From an uncultured Hormoscilla sp. (GTDB lineage: Bacteria; Cyanobacteriota; Cyanobacteriia; Cyanobacteriales; Desertifilaceae): a DNA stretch of 64,000 bases. Positions within the stretch are counted from its first letter, which is position 1. The number at the start of each line of letters is the position of its first letter. Positions 51,015-63,128 of the stretch are shown piece by piece. The translations under genes were made by a program, and so were the position numbers. The notes below the pieces were generated by a model, which worked only from the letters and a program-made list of their open reading frames with translations, made no database searches and was not told the DNA's origin. Location of the stretch: positions 4,736,001 to 4,800,000 of the forward strand of contig OZ001293.3 of assembly GCA_963921275.4 (NCBI GenBank), given 5' to 3'.

Positions 51015-51345
51015 GGGCTGTTTTTTGGCCATGTTTGGGCTAAAAATGGCCATTTTGGGGTTAACCATGGCCATTTTTGGGCTAACCTAGACCATTTGGG
51101 ATTAAAATAGGCCACTTTGGACTAAACTAGGCCATGTCTGAGCTAAACTAGGCCATGGGAGGGCTAAAAATGGCCATGTGAGGGCCATGTTTGGGCTATT
51201 TTAGGCCATGTTTGGGCTATTTTAGGCAACTTTGGGCTAAATTAAGCCATGTCTGAGCTAAACTAGGCCAAAGATGGCTAAGCTAAGCCATATCTGAGCT
51301 AACCGGGGCCATGCTTGGGCTAAACTAGGCCATGTTTGGGCTAAA
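51015..51345. repeat. Degenerate 21-22-bp tandem array, about 15 units
   Basis: Consensus GGCCATGTTTGGGCTAAACTA. Confidence 0.8.
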
Positions 51346-51939
51346 ACAACTTCATAAATTGTCGGTGACGAGAGTATTAGCCTGCGGAGGCGGGTAGGAA
51401 AGGTGTAGCCGGGTTTTTTAGGGTTCGGGCGGTGGGGTGTTTTCCAACAGCAAGCGCTTTTCGCGCGACTCTCCCTGTGTAACTGGTTTTTTCGGAACCA
51501 AAGCTACAAGCTCCCAGCGGCAAAGTAAATATCTAAGACTACCGGTGCTAGCGAACACACTACCATCTAATATGCTAACATAATTATATGATCGGAGTGC
51601 TGTTGTAATTCATCCACTATTACCATGGTGTTGGCAAAGAAATTGTGCTTTACTTTAAGGTTGCTGAATTGATTTTGAGGTGCTAGTGTAATACTAGCCC
51701 GACTCTCGTCTTGCAGTTCTCCCGATACCGCAAGACGAGAGCACCGTCAAGCGGCCGGATCGCATGGAGTGGGTGAGTTGTGAGAGCAATAACTTGCGGT
51801 ATCGGGAGAATCGCCAAAAACTCAGGTAATTTCCGTCGGAGGGTCTGTTAAAATAAAATATCCCGGGAATCAGAAATTCAACAGTTTAAAATTGAAGCTA
51901 TAATTAACGTTGGTTTGTCTGTTATGATTAGGAAATGAA

Positions 51940-54324
51940 ATGGTACAGCAAGCAGGGAACGATTGGTTAAGAGAGGCTTTGGGTCACTACCAAGCAGGAC
52001 GCCTGGATGAGGCGAGGGCTGTTTATTTGGCGATGCTAGAACAGCAGCCTTACCAGGTAGAGGCCATGCAAATGCTGGGAATTATTGCTTATCAGACGAG
52101 AGAATACGATCGGGCGATCAACTATTTACAACAGGTGATATCCATAAAGCCAAATTGGCATGAGACTTATAATAATCTGGGGGCTTGCTTCTGGGAACAG
52201 AAAAAAATAAAACAGGCGATCGCTGCCTACAAACAGGCGCTCGCAATGAAGCCTGATTATCTTAATGCTTATGATAACCTGGCTTTTGCCCTGGAAAAAC
52301 AGGGAAAAATATTAGAGCTGCGCGAGCTGCGCGCACGCTACGCGAAGGAGACTGATTAGCAAGTGGGATCGCTGATCCGGAGTGGCGCGACCCCTGAAAA
52401 ATTGGCGGCGATGCGTCGCCAAGAAAAGCGTTATCAAGAGGCGCTCGCTCATTACCGACAGGCGATCAGTTGGTATCAAAAGGGGGAAGAAGACAAGGCG
52501 ATCGCCCTCTGTCACCAAGTGCTATTGGCCTATCCGGGAAATAGGGAAACCATGAATTTGTTGGGAGTATGTCTTCAAAATATCGGGAAGCTAGCAGAAG
52601 CAGTATCGGTATACCGGGAGGCGATCGCTCTCAATCCCCAGGATATAAGCCTGCACAATAATTTGGGCATAGTTTTGCACTCCTTGGGCAATAAGGAACA
52701 AGCGCTCGCCTGCTACGAAAAGGCTATCAGCATTGACCCCAACTATGCGGATGCTTACTATAATGCGGCCAGAATTATGGAAGAGCAGGACCGCAGAAAA
52801 GAAGCGATCGCCTATTATAAAAAAGCCATTGCCATTAAACCAAAAGCGGAATTTTACAATCAGTTGGGTATATACTATCAAGGATGTGAAAACTTAGCAG
52901 AGGCGATCACATGCTACTAAAAGGCGACCGCCCTGAAACCAGACTTTGCCGATGCCTACAACAACCTGGGTGTTGTCCTGCAAGAACAACTGAAATCACA
53001 ACAGGCGATCGCCATGTACGAGCGGGCGCTCGCCATGGAACCAAATTCGGCCGAGGTCCGCAGCAACTTGGGCGTGGCACTCAAGCATGTGGGACGCTTA
53101 GATGAAGCTAAAACCCATTTGCAACAGGCGATCGCCATGTACGAGCGGGCGCTCGCCATGGAACCAAATTCGGCCGAGGTCCGCAGCAACTTGGGCGCGA
53201 CACTCAAGCATGTAGGACGCTTAGATGAAGCTAAAACCCATTTGCAACAGGCGATCGCCCTGAAACCAGACTTTGCCTCAGCCTACAACAGCCTGGATGT
53301 TGTCCTGCAAGAACAACTAAAATTACAAGAGGCGATGGGCTATTACCGCCATGCTATTGCTTTAAACCCAGATGCAGTAAAATCCCGCTTTCGTCTGGGA
53401 ATGTGCTTGTTATTATTGCAGGACTTTCAGCAAAAATTTGTAGAATATGAATGGCGTTGGCGCATGGAACCACAGACCCCGGAAAAACGCTTGGGAAAAC
53501 CCCTTTGGGATGGTTCGCCACTGGCAGGAAAAACTATTCTTTTACATACAGAACAGGGACACGGGGACGCTATCCAGTTCGTCCGTTACGCGCCCTTAGT
53601 AGCCCAGCGGGGTGCTGGTAAAGTAATTCTGGAAACATATCCTGCTCTCAGGCGCTTGTTTACTACGGTCTCCCTTGTTCAGGAGGTGGTAGTCAAAGGC
53701 GAATCATTACCAGCATTTGACGTGCAAGTCCCCCTGATGAGTCTCCCCCGCATCCTGGGTACGACTATAGAAACTATTCCGGCTCGAATACCCTATTTGT
53801 ACGCTGAAGAGAAGGACGCCGTAAAGTGTATCTTACTACGAAGGGAAGGAGAGGTAAAAGTCGGTATTGTGTGGGCTGTTAATGCTAAAAGTCCTACAGC
53901 TAGTAAGCGATCTTGTCCAGTGTCCCTATTTCTGGAACTGTCGCAGATCCCAGGGATTTCTCTTTATAGTTTGCAAAAGGAACATACAGATATCCTGGAT
54001 GGGGCACCTATACAGGATTTAAAAGAGCATTTGCATGACTTCGCTGATACTGCTGCTGTTATCTCACAATTAGACTTAGTAATTTCTGTAGATACATCAG
54101 TTGCCCATCTAGCAGGTGCTTTAGGAAAACCTGTCTGGGTGCTGCTACCATTTTCTCCTGACTGGCGCTGGTTCCTAGATCGATCGGATAGCCCTTGGTA
54201 TCCGACAATGCGACTATTCCGTCAAACAAAACTGGGAGACTGGCCGAGTGTGTTTGCCCAGGTTAAAGCAGCATTAACAGCGAAGAGCGCGCATCCCGGA
54301 TCGCATGGAGTGGGTGAGTTGTGA
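51940..54324 (+). pseudogene. TPR + glycosyltransferase-like (GT9-type) protein, copy 1, two nonsense mutations
   Basis: TAG at 52357 and TAA at 52918 where copy 2 has Gln codons; EQGHGDAIQFVRY, LDLVISVDTSVAHLAGALG. Confidence 0.85.
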
Positions 54325-54480
54325 GAGCAATAACTTGCGGTATCGGGAGAACCGCCAAAAACTCAGGTAATTTCCGTCGGAGGGTCTGTTAAAATAAAAT
54401 ATCCCGGGAATCAGAAATTCAACAGTTTAAAATTGAAGCTATAATTAACGTTGGTTTGTCTGTTATGATTAGGAGGTGAA

Positions 54481-56622
54481 ATGGTACAGCAAGCAGGGAA
54501 CGATTGGTTAAGAGAGGCTTTGGGTCACTACCAAGCAGGACGCCTGGATGAGGCGAGGGCTGTTTATTTGGCGATGCTAGAACAGCAGCCTTACCAGGTA
54601 GAGGCGATGCAAATGCTGGGAATTATTGCTTATCAGACGAGAGAATACGATCGGGCGATCAACTATTTCCAACAGGTGATATCTATAAAGCAAGATTGGC
54701 CTGAGACTTATAATAATCTGGGGGCTTGCTTCTGGGAACAGGGAAAAATCGAACAGGCGATCGCTGCCTACAAACAGGCGCTCGCAGTGAAGCCTGATTA
54801 TCTTGATGCTTATGATAACCTGGCTTTGGCCCTGGAAAAACAGGGAAAAAGATTAGAGGCGATCGAGCTGCGCGCACGCTACGCGAAGGAGACTGACCAG
54901 CAAGTGGGATCGCTGACCCAAAGTGGAGCGGCTCATGAAAAATTGGCGGCGATGCGTTGCCAAGAAAAGCATTATCAAGAGGCGCTCGCTCATTACCAAC
55001 AGGAGATCGCCTGCTACGAAAAGGGGCAGGCTCGGGGCATTGACCCAAAATGTGCGGATGCTTACTATAATGCGGCCAGAATTATGGAAGAGCAAAACCG
55101 CAGAGAAGAGGCGATCGCCTATTGTAAAAAAGCCATTGCCATTAAACCAGAGGCGAAATTTTACAATGAGTTAGGTATACACTATCAAAGATGTGGGAAC
55201 TTAGCAGAGGCGGCGAGGCAGTATGAACAGGCGATAGATTTAACGGCGAACTGTCTGGAAGCAATTTGCAACCTGGGGATGATACTACGAAAGCAGGGTA
55301 AAATAGCAGAGGCGCTCGGACAATATCGCCAGGCTCTGGCAATTAAACCAGATTATCCAGAAGTATACAATAGGATGGGGCTCGCTTGGCAAGAGCAGGG
55401 TAAGTTAGTAGAGGCGATCGCATGCCACCAAAAGGCGATCGCCCTGAAATCAGACTTTGTCCCAGCCTACATCAACCTGGGTGTTGCCCTGCAAGAACAA
55501 CTGAAATTACAAGAGGTGATGGGCTATTACCGCCATGCTATTGCCTTAAAGCCAGATGCAGCAATGGCCCACTTAGGTCTGGGAGAGTGCTTGTTATTAT
55601 TGCAGGACTTGAGCCAAGGATTTGTAGAATATGAATGGCGCTGGCGCCTAAAAGCACAGACCCCGGAAGAACGCTATGGCTGCGCCACGCTGCGCGATGG
55701 GGGAAAACTCCTTTGGGACGGTTCGCCACTGGCAGGAAAAACTATTCTTTTACGTACAGAACAGGGACACGGGGACGCTATCCAGTTCGTCCGTTACGCG
55801 CCCTTAGTAGCCCAGCGGGGTGCTGGTAAAGTAATCCTGGAAACATATCGGGCTCTCAGGCGCTTGTTTACTACGGTCTCTGGCGTTCAGGAGGTGGTAG
55901 TCAAAGGCGAACCATTACCAGCATTTGACGTGCAAGTCCCCCTGATGAGTCTCCCCCGCATCCTGGGTACGACCATAGAAACTATTCCGGCTCGAATACC
56001 CTATTTGTACGCTGAAGAGAAAGACGCAGTCAAGTACAGTGGCTTGCTACGAACGGCGCATCCCGAGTACAGGGCGGTGTCTGGAGCATGCCGATCGCGT
56101 AGCGTGCGCGCAGCGCATGTCCTTCAGGACAAGAGCATGCGGAAGACGCCGGTAAAGGTCGGTATTGCGTGGGCTTCTAATCCTACACGTAGTACAGCAT
56201 GGAAGCGGTCTTGTCCGGTTTCCCTATTTCTGGAACTTTCTCAGATCCCAGGGATTTCTCTTTATAGTTTGCAAAAGGAACATACAGATATCCTGGATGG
56301 GGCACCTATACAGGATTTAAGAGAGCACTTGCATGACTTCGCCTCTTCGGCTGCTGTTATCTCACAATTAGACTTAGTAATTTCTGTAGATACAGCAGTT
56401 GCCCATCTAGCAGGTGCTTTAGGAAAACCTGTCTGGGTGCTGTTACCTTTTTCTCCTGAATGGCGCTGGTTCCTAGATCTATCGGATAGCCCTTGGTATC
56501 CGACAATGCGACTATTTCGTCAAACAAAACTGGGAGACTGGCCGAGTGTGTTTGCCCAGGTTAAAGCAGCATTAACAGCGAAGAGCGCGCATCCCGGATC
56601 GCATGGAGTGGGTGAGTTGTGA
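54481..56622 (+). CDS. TPR + glycosyltransferase-like (GT9-type) protein, copy 2, open
   Basis: Multiple TPRs; GT9-like C-terminus ending SPWYPTMRLFRQ. Confidence 0.88.
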   Translation: MVQQAGNDWLREALGHYQAGRLDEARAVYLAMLEQQPYQVEAMQMLGIIAYQTREYDRAINYFQQVISIKQDWPETYNNLGACFWEQGKIEQAIAAYKQALAVKPDYLDAYDNLALALEKQGKRLEAIELRARYAKETDQQVGSLTQSGAAHEKLAAMRCQEKHYQEALAHYQQEIACYEKGQARGIDPKCADAYYNAARIMEEQNRREEAIAYCKKAIAIKPEAKFYNELGIHYQRCGNLAEAARQYEQAIDLTANCLEAICNLGMILRKQGKIAEALGQYRQALAIKPDYPEVYNRMGLAWQEQGKLVEAIACHQKAIALKSDFVPAYINLGVALQEQLKLQEVMGYYRHAIALKPDAAMAHLGLGECLLLLQDLSQGFVEYEWRWRLKAQTPEERYGCATLRDGGKLLWDGSPLAGKTILLRTEQGHGDAIQFVRYAPLVAQRGAGKVILETYRALRRLFTTVSGVQEVVVKGEPLPAFDVQVPLMSLPRILGTTIETIPARIPYLYAEEKDAVKYSGLLRTAHPEYRAVSGACRSRSVRAAHVLQDKSMRKTPVKVGIAWASNPTRSTAWKRSCPVSLFLELSQIPGISLYSLQKEHTDILDGAPIQDLREHLHDFASSAAVISQLDLVISVDTAVAHLAGALGKPVWVLLPFSPEWRWFLDLSDSPWYPTMRLFRQTKLGDWPSVFAQVKAALTAKSAHPGSHGVGEL

Positions 56623-56778
56623 GAGCAATAACTTGCGGTATCGGGAGAACCGCCAAAAACTCAGGTAATTTCCGTCGGAGGGTCTGTTAAAATAAAATAT
56701 CCCGGGAATCAGAAATTCAACAGTTTAAAATTGAAGCTATAATTAACGTTGGTTTGTCTGTTATGATTAGGAGGTGAA

Positions 56779-57720
56779 ATGGTACAGCAAGCAGGGAACG
56801 ATTGGTTAAGAGAGGCTTTGGGTCACTACCAAGCAGGACGCCTGGATGAGGCGAGGGCTGTTTATTTGGCGATGCTAGAACAGCAGCCTTACCAGGTAGA
56901 GGCGATGCAAATGCTGGGAATTATTGCTTATCAGACGAGAGAATACGATCGGGCGATCAACTATTTCCAACAGGTGATATCTATAAAGCAAGATTGGCCT
57001 GAGACTTATAATAATCTGGGGGCTTGCTTCTGGGAACAGGGAAAAATCGAACAGGCGATCGCTGCCTACAAACAGGCGATCGCAGTGAAGCCTGATTATC
57101 TTGATGCTTATGATAACCTGGCTTTGGCCCTGAAAAAACAGGGAAAAAGATTAGAGGCGATCGAGCTGCGCGCACGCTACGCGAAGGAGACTGACCAGCA
57201 AGTGGGATCGCTGACCCAAAGTGGAGCGGCTCATGAAAAATTGGCGGCGATGCGTTGCCAAGAAAAGCGTTATCAAGAGGCGCTCGCTCATTACCAACAG
57301 GAGATCGCCTGCTACGAAAAGGGGCAGGCTCGGGGCATTGACCCAAAATGTGCGGATGCTTACTATAATGCGGCCAGAATTATGGAAGAGCAAAACCGCA
57401 GAGAAGAGGCGATCGCCTATTGTAAAAAAGCCATTGCCATTAAACCAGAGGCGAAATTTTACAATGAGTTAGGTATATACTATCAAAGATGTGGGAACTT
57501 AGCAGAGGCGGCGAGGCAGTATGAACAGGCGATAGATTTAACGCCGAACTGTCTGGAAGCAATTTGCAACCTGGGGATGATACTACGAAAGCAGGGTAAA
57601 ATAGCAGAGGCGCTCGGACAATATCGCCAGGCTCTGGCAATTAAACCAGATTATCCAGAAGTATACAATAGGATGGGGCTCGCTTGGCAAGAGCAGGGTA
57701 AGTTAGTAGAGGTGCCATAG
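56779..57720 (+). pseudogene. TPR protein copy 3, truncated
   Basis: Near-identical to copy 2 up to about 57713, then abuts a convergent truncated gene. Confidence 0.85.
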
Positions 57721-59659
57721 CGATGGTCAAGGATCCGGCTGCTTGCAACTCGCGCCATAACTGATGTAAAAGAGCCCTCGCTAACTGGGGGCGCGATCGG
57801 CTGAGATCGGCAAGAGTAATCACTTGTGGGTCCAACCATTCCAGAGCTTTGGCCGTGAAAGCTAGGGGTGTGGGAGCAGTCAATAGGGTGTCATCGGGTA
57901 AAGCCTGGCCAGCAGCCAATAAGCGCAAGACGCCTTTTTCAAGTCGAACAGCTTTGACAGTAGCTTCAATAGTTTTCGGTGTTGCCCCTGAGGTCCAGAA
58001 AGTTAGATTTATGTGGGGGTCAAAATCTAGACCCAGCAGATGCCAAAGTCTCGCACCACTAGAACTATCAGCCAGCCGATCGGGAAAGGGATATCTGAGC
58101 CAGCGTTGACCGTTATGAAAACCAGCCACCCGCAGCTGATACTAGACTTGAGAACTGTCTAATTTGAGAGTATCCTGGGCAGTGGTAGGGGGAGGGTGCA
58201 ACCAATCTTTCTTACTCAGCTCGTCTTTTGGTTCCACTGAGGCCACAATGCGGCTGACATGAGGCACAGATGATTTCCAGAGAGCATTGTCGAGTTGCTG
58301 AAGTAATTTCTCAATTTGTTGATGGTTAATTGACCCTCTAGTCGGCTGTTTTTCGAGCCAAGCGCTGCCGCCGTGGAGTCCATCTTTGGCCGTGCGAATC
58401 AGGGCCCCCCAAGCGATCGCGTCGGACTGAGTAGATGTTACCCGCAGGGCTGCCTTGATCCGGTTCCACAAACTGTCAGAATCGGTTTTGAGCAACCGGG
58501 CAATTTCCCGTTGGTTATGGGGCTTCTGGAAAATCTGCAAAGCTGACTGCCAGCAACCGTCAATAATCTGGGTGAGGACTTGCTGGCTAGGAGATGCCCA
58601 AGATTTGTTAGCTTGGGACTGACTTACCTGGGAGTGCATGCGAATTAATTCCAACTGGGCTTGGGCTCCTGGCGACCAATCTGGCGATCGGGTCAGAGGT
58701 TGCAACATTTCCAGAGCTGGCGTCCACAGACCACTGCGAGCTAGAATTAGGGCATTTTGGTAGTTCTTTAAGGCCAGATCGGCCCGCGGACGGTCCGAAA
58801 AATCGAAAGGCGTCAAAGCAATTTCTACGAGCGCCACAGGTGCTAGTCGCTCTTGACGGGGCTGGATCTGGTAAATCTTGAATTTGGGCTCAAAACCAAC
58901 GGTTTGATTGACAATCAACTCCAGAGTGCAATCGCCCGCCGTTACCTTACGCCAGATAGCAGGTTCTCCGGCAGGGCTAGCCCACTGGAGCATCTGCACC
59001 AGGTTAGTTTCCCTGGGGTTGTAGTATAGTACCTTTCCATAGGCGATCGCCCCATCTCCGGTTCTCTGTCGTCCCACCAGATGGAGGCACCGTCCCTTAC
59101 CCTGCATTTCTGGCTGTGGTGAGGGCAGTTCTACTGATGTCAGTTGCAGCTGACCAGAAGATGCGCGCTTGACCGATCGGTCGAGCCGGGGAGTATCAAC
59201 CTCTTCATCAGAATAGGATACCGACATTTGGCTGACTAGCTGATAGTAAGCTCCTGCGGTGGAAAAATACTTGGGAGTGTCCACGCGCCTGTAGACTCTC
59301 AGCTGGCTAATATACTCGCAGTCAGTCTGACAATTTGGCCGTTTGCTATGTACTGGCAGCAGCAAATCCCGTACCGTGCCGGAAAAATCGGCAGTGTTTA
59401 ACTCCAGGCTGTCTCCTGGTATCATGCCCATGCGCTCCACTAAGCCGCGAATTTCCGGCAGAGTGCGCATGGTTTGGCGGTCAGTTACTAAGGTTTTGGT
59501 TTGTTGAGGCAAAATTTGATGCAGCCAGACTATTCCATCGGGATCCACGATCAGTTGGATAGCTAACCAAAGCCCAGCCGCGATCGCGCTAGCACTACTG
59601 GCCAAGAGTAATATTGCCAGGAAGGACGCGCCTTTATTACGAGACTGAGACTGTGACAT
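57714..59659 (-). pseudogene. Hypothetical membrane-anchored protein with internal stop and 3' truncation
   Basis: SSQV*YQLRVAGFHNGQRW reads through at 58142; N-terminal TM helix. Confidence 0.65.
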
Positions 59660-59992
59660 CGTTAATTGCTAATTTTTGATGTTTCTTCTGCCTAGGATGA
59701 GAGTAGGACTTGCTCACCTGCTCGTTCCCAAGTATACTCTCGTTCAACGAACTCTCGCGCGTTCTGAGACAGGCGCTTGCGCAGGGCTGAAGTTACTGTT
59801 TGTTGGAGTTTACCGGTTACCGGTCACCCCTCTAGCTGTCACCCCGTGCTGAATTGCCGGTGACTGCCATACAAACGCGCAGGAGACACCGGCATGCAGC
59901 CGCTCGACTCTCAGTAATCCCAAGTTTAGTAGCACGGGGCTGATGGAAGGCAGTAGATTTATTATAGTCAACTAAAGCATAAGGAGGTAAAT

Positions 59993-62097
59993 ATGCCATC
60001 CATCGATGAGATTATTAAACAGGCAGATAACCCGTTTGATAAATATGTTACGGGAAACTTTTGTGGAGAACAACTCGACCAAACCCCCATCGTGGAATCG
60101 ATTCATCAACAGGAACTTGCTAAAATAGCAAAAGTTATCGATAGCGTAAGGAAAGACCATCGCCCGCGCACGGTAATGCTAGCTGGAGATTCCGGTGTGG
60201 GCAAGAGTTATTTCTTAAAGCGCCTCAAGCAGCAGTTCAACAACAAAGCATTTTTTGCTTACATCGCACCCTGGGCAGATAGCGACTACATCTGGCGTCA
60301 TACCCTGCGCTATATCGTTGATAGCCTGATGCACGTGCCAGAAAACCAACAAGAGTCTCAGTTGCTCATCATGCTGAAAAATATATCAGCTTTCCCAGAG
60401 GGTAACATGGGCTCGCGGCAACAATTCATCAATAAAATGAGAGCAACCTATCGCTCGGGAATTTACAACGGAAAAGTTGTTTTTTGCGTGTTATATGACC
60501 TGAACGATCCCGAACTGAACATGATCGCCTCTGACTGGTTACGGGGAGATGACCTAGATGAAGATGATCTCAACTCTTTGGGAGTAAAAAGTGCTATTGA
60601 CAGTGAAGAGGCGGCGCAAAAAATTATGAGAAATTTGGGCATAATTTCTCCAAGACCAATAGTGCTGTGTTTCGACCAACTCGATAACATACCCCGCCTG
60701 CGAAATAGCGACCTACTAGATATCCAAGCTTTGTTTAACGTCAACTCTAGCCTTCACAATTACTCGCGCAACTTTATGGTGATCGTTAGTATCATTATGC
60801 AGACTTGGAAACGCGAGATGAAGGTTGAGGTTCAATCTGCTGACGAAGCTAGAATTAATGCAGTGGTTCGTTTGAAGCCGATCTCTCTAGATCAAGCAGA
60901 AGAACTCTGTGCCAGCAGACTATATCCTCTACATCAGCAAGCTAACCCTCAACCCGTTCGCCCATTTATCCCTTAACTCGGCAATGGCTGGAAGAAAAAA
61001 TCTCCCAGGGCAAAACTACTCCCCGCTATGCGCTGGTGGAGGGACGTAAGCTAATCGAAGAGTACAAAGAAAGTTTAGCCATTGCTTCACCAAAAGTTAC
61101 CCAACCGACCCTCCGGAGCCCCAAACCTGCTGTAGAGCAAGACTTCCAGGCAACTACGTCTCTTCGCCGCAAACGGACTGTAAAGCCAGACTTCCAGGCA
61201 GATTTTCAGCGGGAACAGGCAGATTTTCAGCGTGAATGGGACCATGAATTCCAGAATAATTCCCAAAAAATTACCCGAATTCGGCATTACGATGGTCCAG
61301 AACTAATAAAGATGTTGCAATTGGCTCTTAAAACCTTAGGAGTCAAGTATATTAAGCCTAAATTGCTGTCGTCGAGCACATTTGCCAGTTGTTCCTTCAG
61401 TTATCTACACAGGGATTGGTTAGGATTAGTCTGGGTGGAAAATCCAAACATGCGTAGCTTTTTTAGTCTCATGAGCGCCTGCGATAAAGCGATTCAGAAA
61501 AATATGAGTCAACCTCTGTACTTGATTAGAAATGAAGGAGTGGGTAAGCCTAATACTAAGGGGAATCAAATATATCAACGAATCTTCACTGGTTCTCCCC
61601 ATGTTCACATTGAACCGGATATGGACTCGGTATGGTACCTGGCAACCTACTATAATCTAGTGAAGAAGGCTAACTCTAGAGAGTTAGTAGTTGCCGATCG
61701 AGTTCTGACGCTAGAATATTTAGAAGACCTGATCCGGGACTCTCAGATTCTGCATAACTGTCCTTTGTTGCAAAAATTGGGGATTGCGGTTCTCCCGGTA
61801 CCGCAAGTCTCCAGAAGGGACGATGATGAGCAAAATGCCGAATATCAAAGGGATGATATCGGACAGGAAGTCAAAGATTTTGTGTTGGATCTAGTCACCA
61901 ACAAGCATCAGTTGATCGGGCGTAATATCCTGATTGAAAATGCTTGCAGTCAGTTTCCGCAGGTGAAGTCAGCGGAAGTTGAGCAAGTGATTCAGCAGCT
62001 TTGTCAAGAAAAGATCGTGAAAATTGTCAACCCCAAGGCTCCACTAGAACAACAATCAATCTGTTGGGTGGTGCCTGATGCTACCGGTAGGGTATAA
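59993..62097 (+). pseudogene. P-loop ATPase (RcaG-like), frameshift near 60960
   Basis: GDSGVGKS, VLCFDQLD; continues in ORF 61036-62097; paralog at 63129. Confidence 0.7.
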
Positions 62098-62237
62098 TAA
62101 GATAATTTGGCAGTTGTCCTGTTTGCTTAATCTTGCACGAGATGATTAATCAGACTTGGGCAATAGTGGTATGTTACTGTAGGATATTGTCATCCAGGCT
62201 AGATGGATTATCTTAATTACAAGGCAAGGGCGATCGT

Positions 62238-63068
62238 ATGGAAGCAATTGAGCTGAAGTTCATGTTAAAATTGTTGGAGTTTACCGGCTACCGGGCCCCC
62301 ATCAGTAAGATTAAGCCTAATCAAAGCACGAAAGCCCCCCAAAGGGATAGCATCTGCAAAAAACTGTGCGATCGCCAGTTGGTGGCTTGCGTGGAGGAGG
62401 TGGCCAAACTGACGATCGCGCCTCCAGGCAAGGGGCTACTGGAACTGGAGCAGACTGAGTTGCCAGTGACTGCCGTGGAACTGAAGGCGCTCAAAGCCTG
62501 CACGAAAGGTATAATTAACTCCTCTGACACCGGCATAAAAGCAGCCGCTCGACAGGCCGTGCTCCAAAGCTTGGTAGAACGGGGCTTTATTAAAGCAGTC
62601 AAGACAAAAATCACAGAAGTCTGGCTGACAGAACGAGGACAGGAATTTTTGCTTTCAAAATATGAATCAAACAGCACTGCCACCATCAGTTTGAAAATGC
62701 TGAGTGATTATCTGCGATTCATGCGACAATCGGTACAGAAGCAGGAGACCCTGGAGCCAGCCACCGATTTTTCCGGAACGGTGTTCGCACCGGCGATCGC
62801 CCCCAGCGACGAGGAGATTTTGCAGCTGATTCGGGATTTAGACCAGCAGCTGCGCACGGACAATTATCTGCCGATTTTCCATCTGCGAGAGAAGTTGCAA
62901 CCGCCTCTGTCCAGGGAAGAACTCGATCGAGCACTCTATCGCCTAGAACGAAATAACCTGATCGAGTTGAGTGCTTTGCAGGAAGTCATAGCTTATACAC
63001 CAGAACAAATTGACGCTGGCATTCCCCAAAATATCGGCGGTCGCCTGTTTTTTATTATAGTAGAATGA
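62238..63068 (+). CDS. Winged-helix-type protein resembling cyanobacterial RcaD
   Basis: ELKFMLKLL...YRAPIS; NYLPIFHLREKLQPPLSREELDRALYRL; followed by an ATPase; family recalled, not searched. Confidence 0.55.
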   Translation: MEAIELKFMLKLLEFTGYRAPISKIKPNQSTKAPQRDSICKKLCDRQLVACVEEVAKLTIAPPGKGLLELEQTELPVTAVELKALKACTKGIINSSDTGIKAAARQAVLQSLVERGFIKAVKTKITEVWLTERGQEFLLSKYESNSTATISLKMLSDYLRFMRQSVQKQETLEPATDFSGTVFAPAIAPSDEEILQLIRDLDQQLRTDNYLPIFHLREKLQPPLSREELDRALYRLERNNLIELSALQEVIAYTPEQIDAGIPQNIGGRLFFIIVE

Positions 63069-63128
63069 AAGCTCGGTAGTCTTGCGATCGGCAGGTAGTC
63101 AGGATCGAATAGGTAAGTAGGATTCAAT

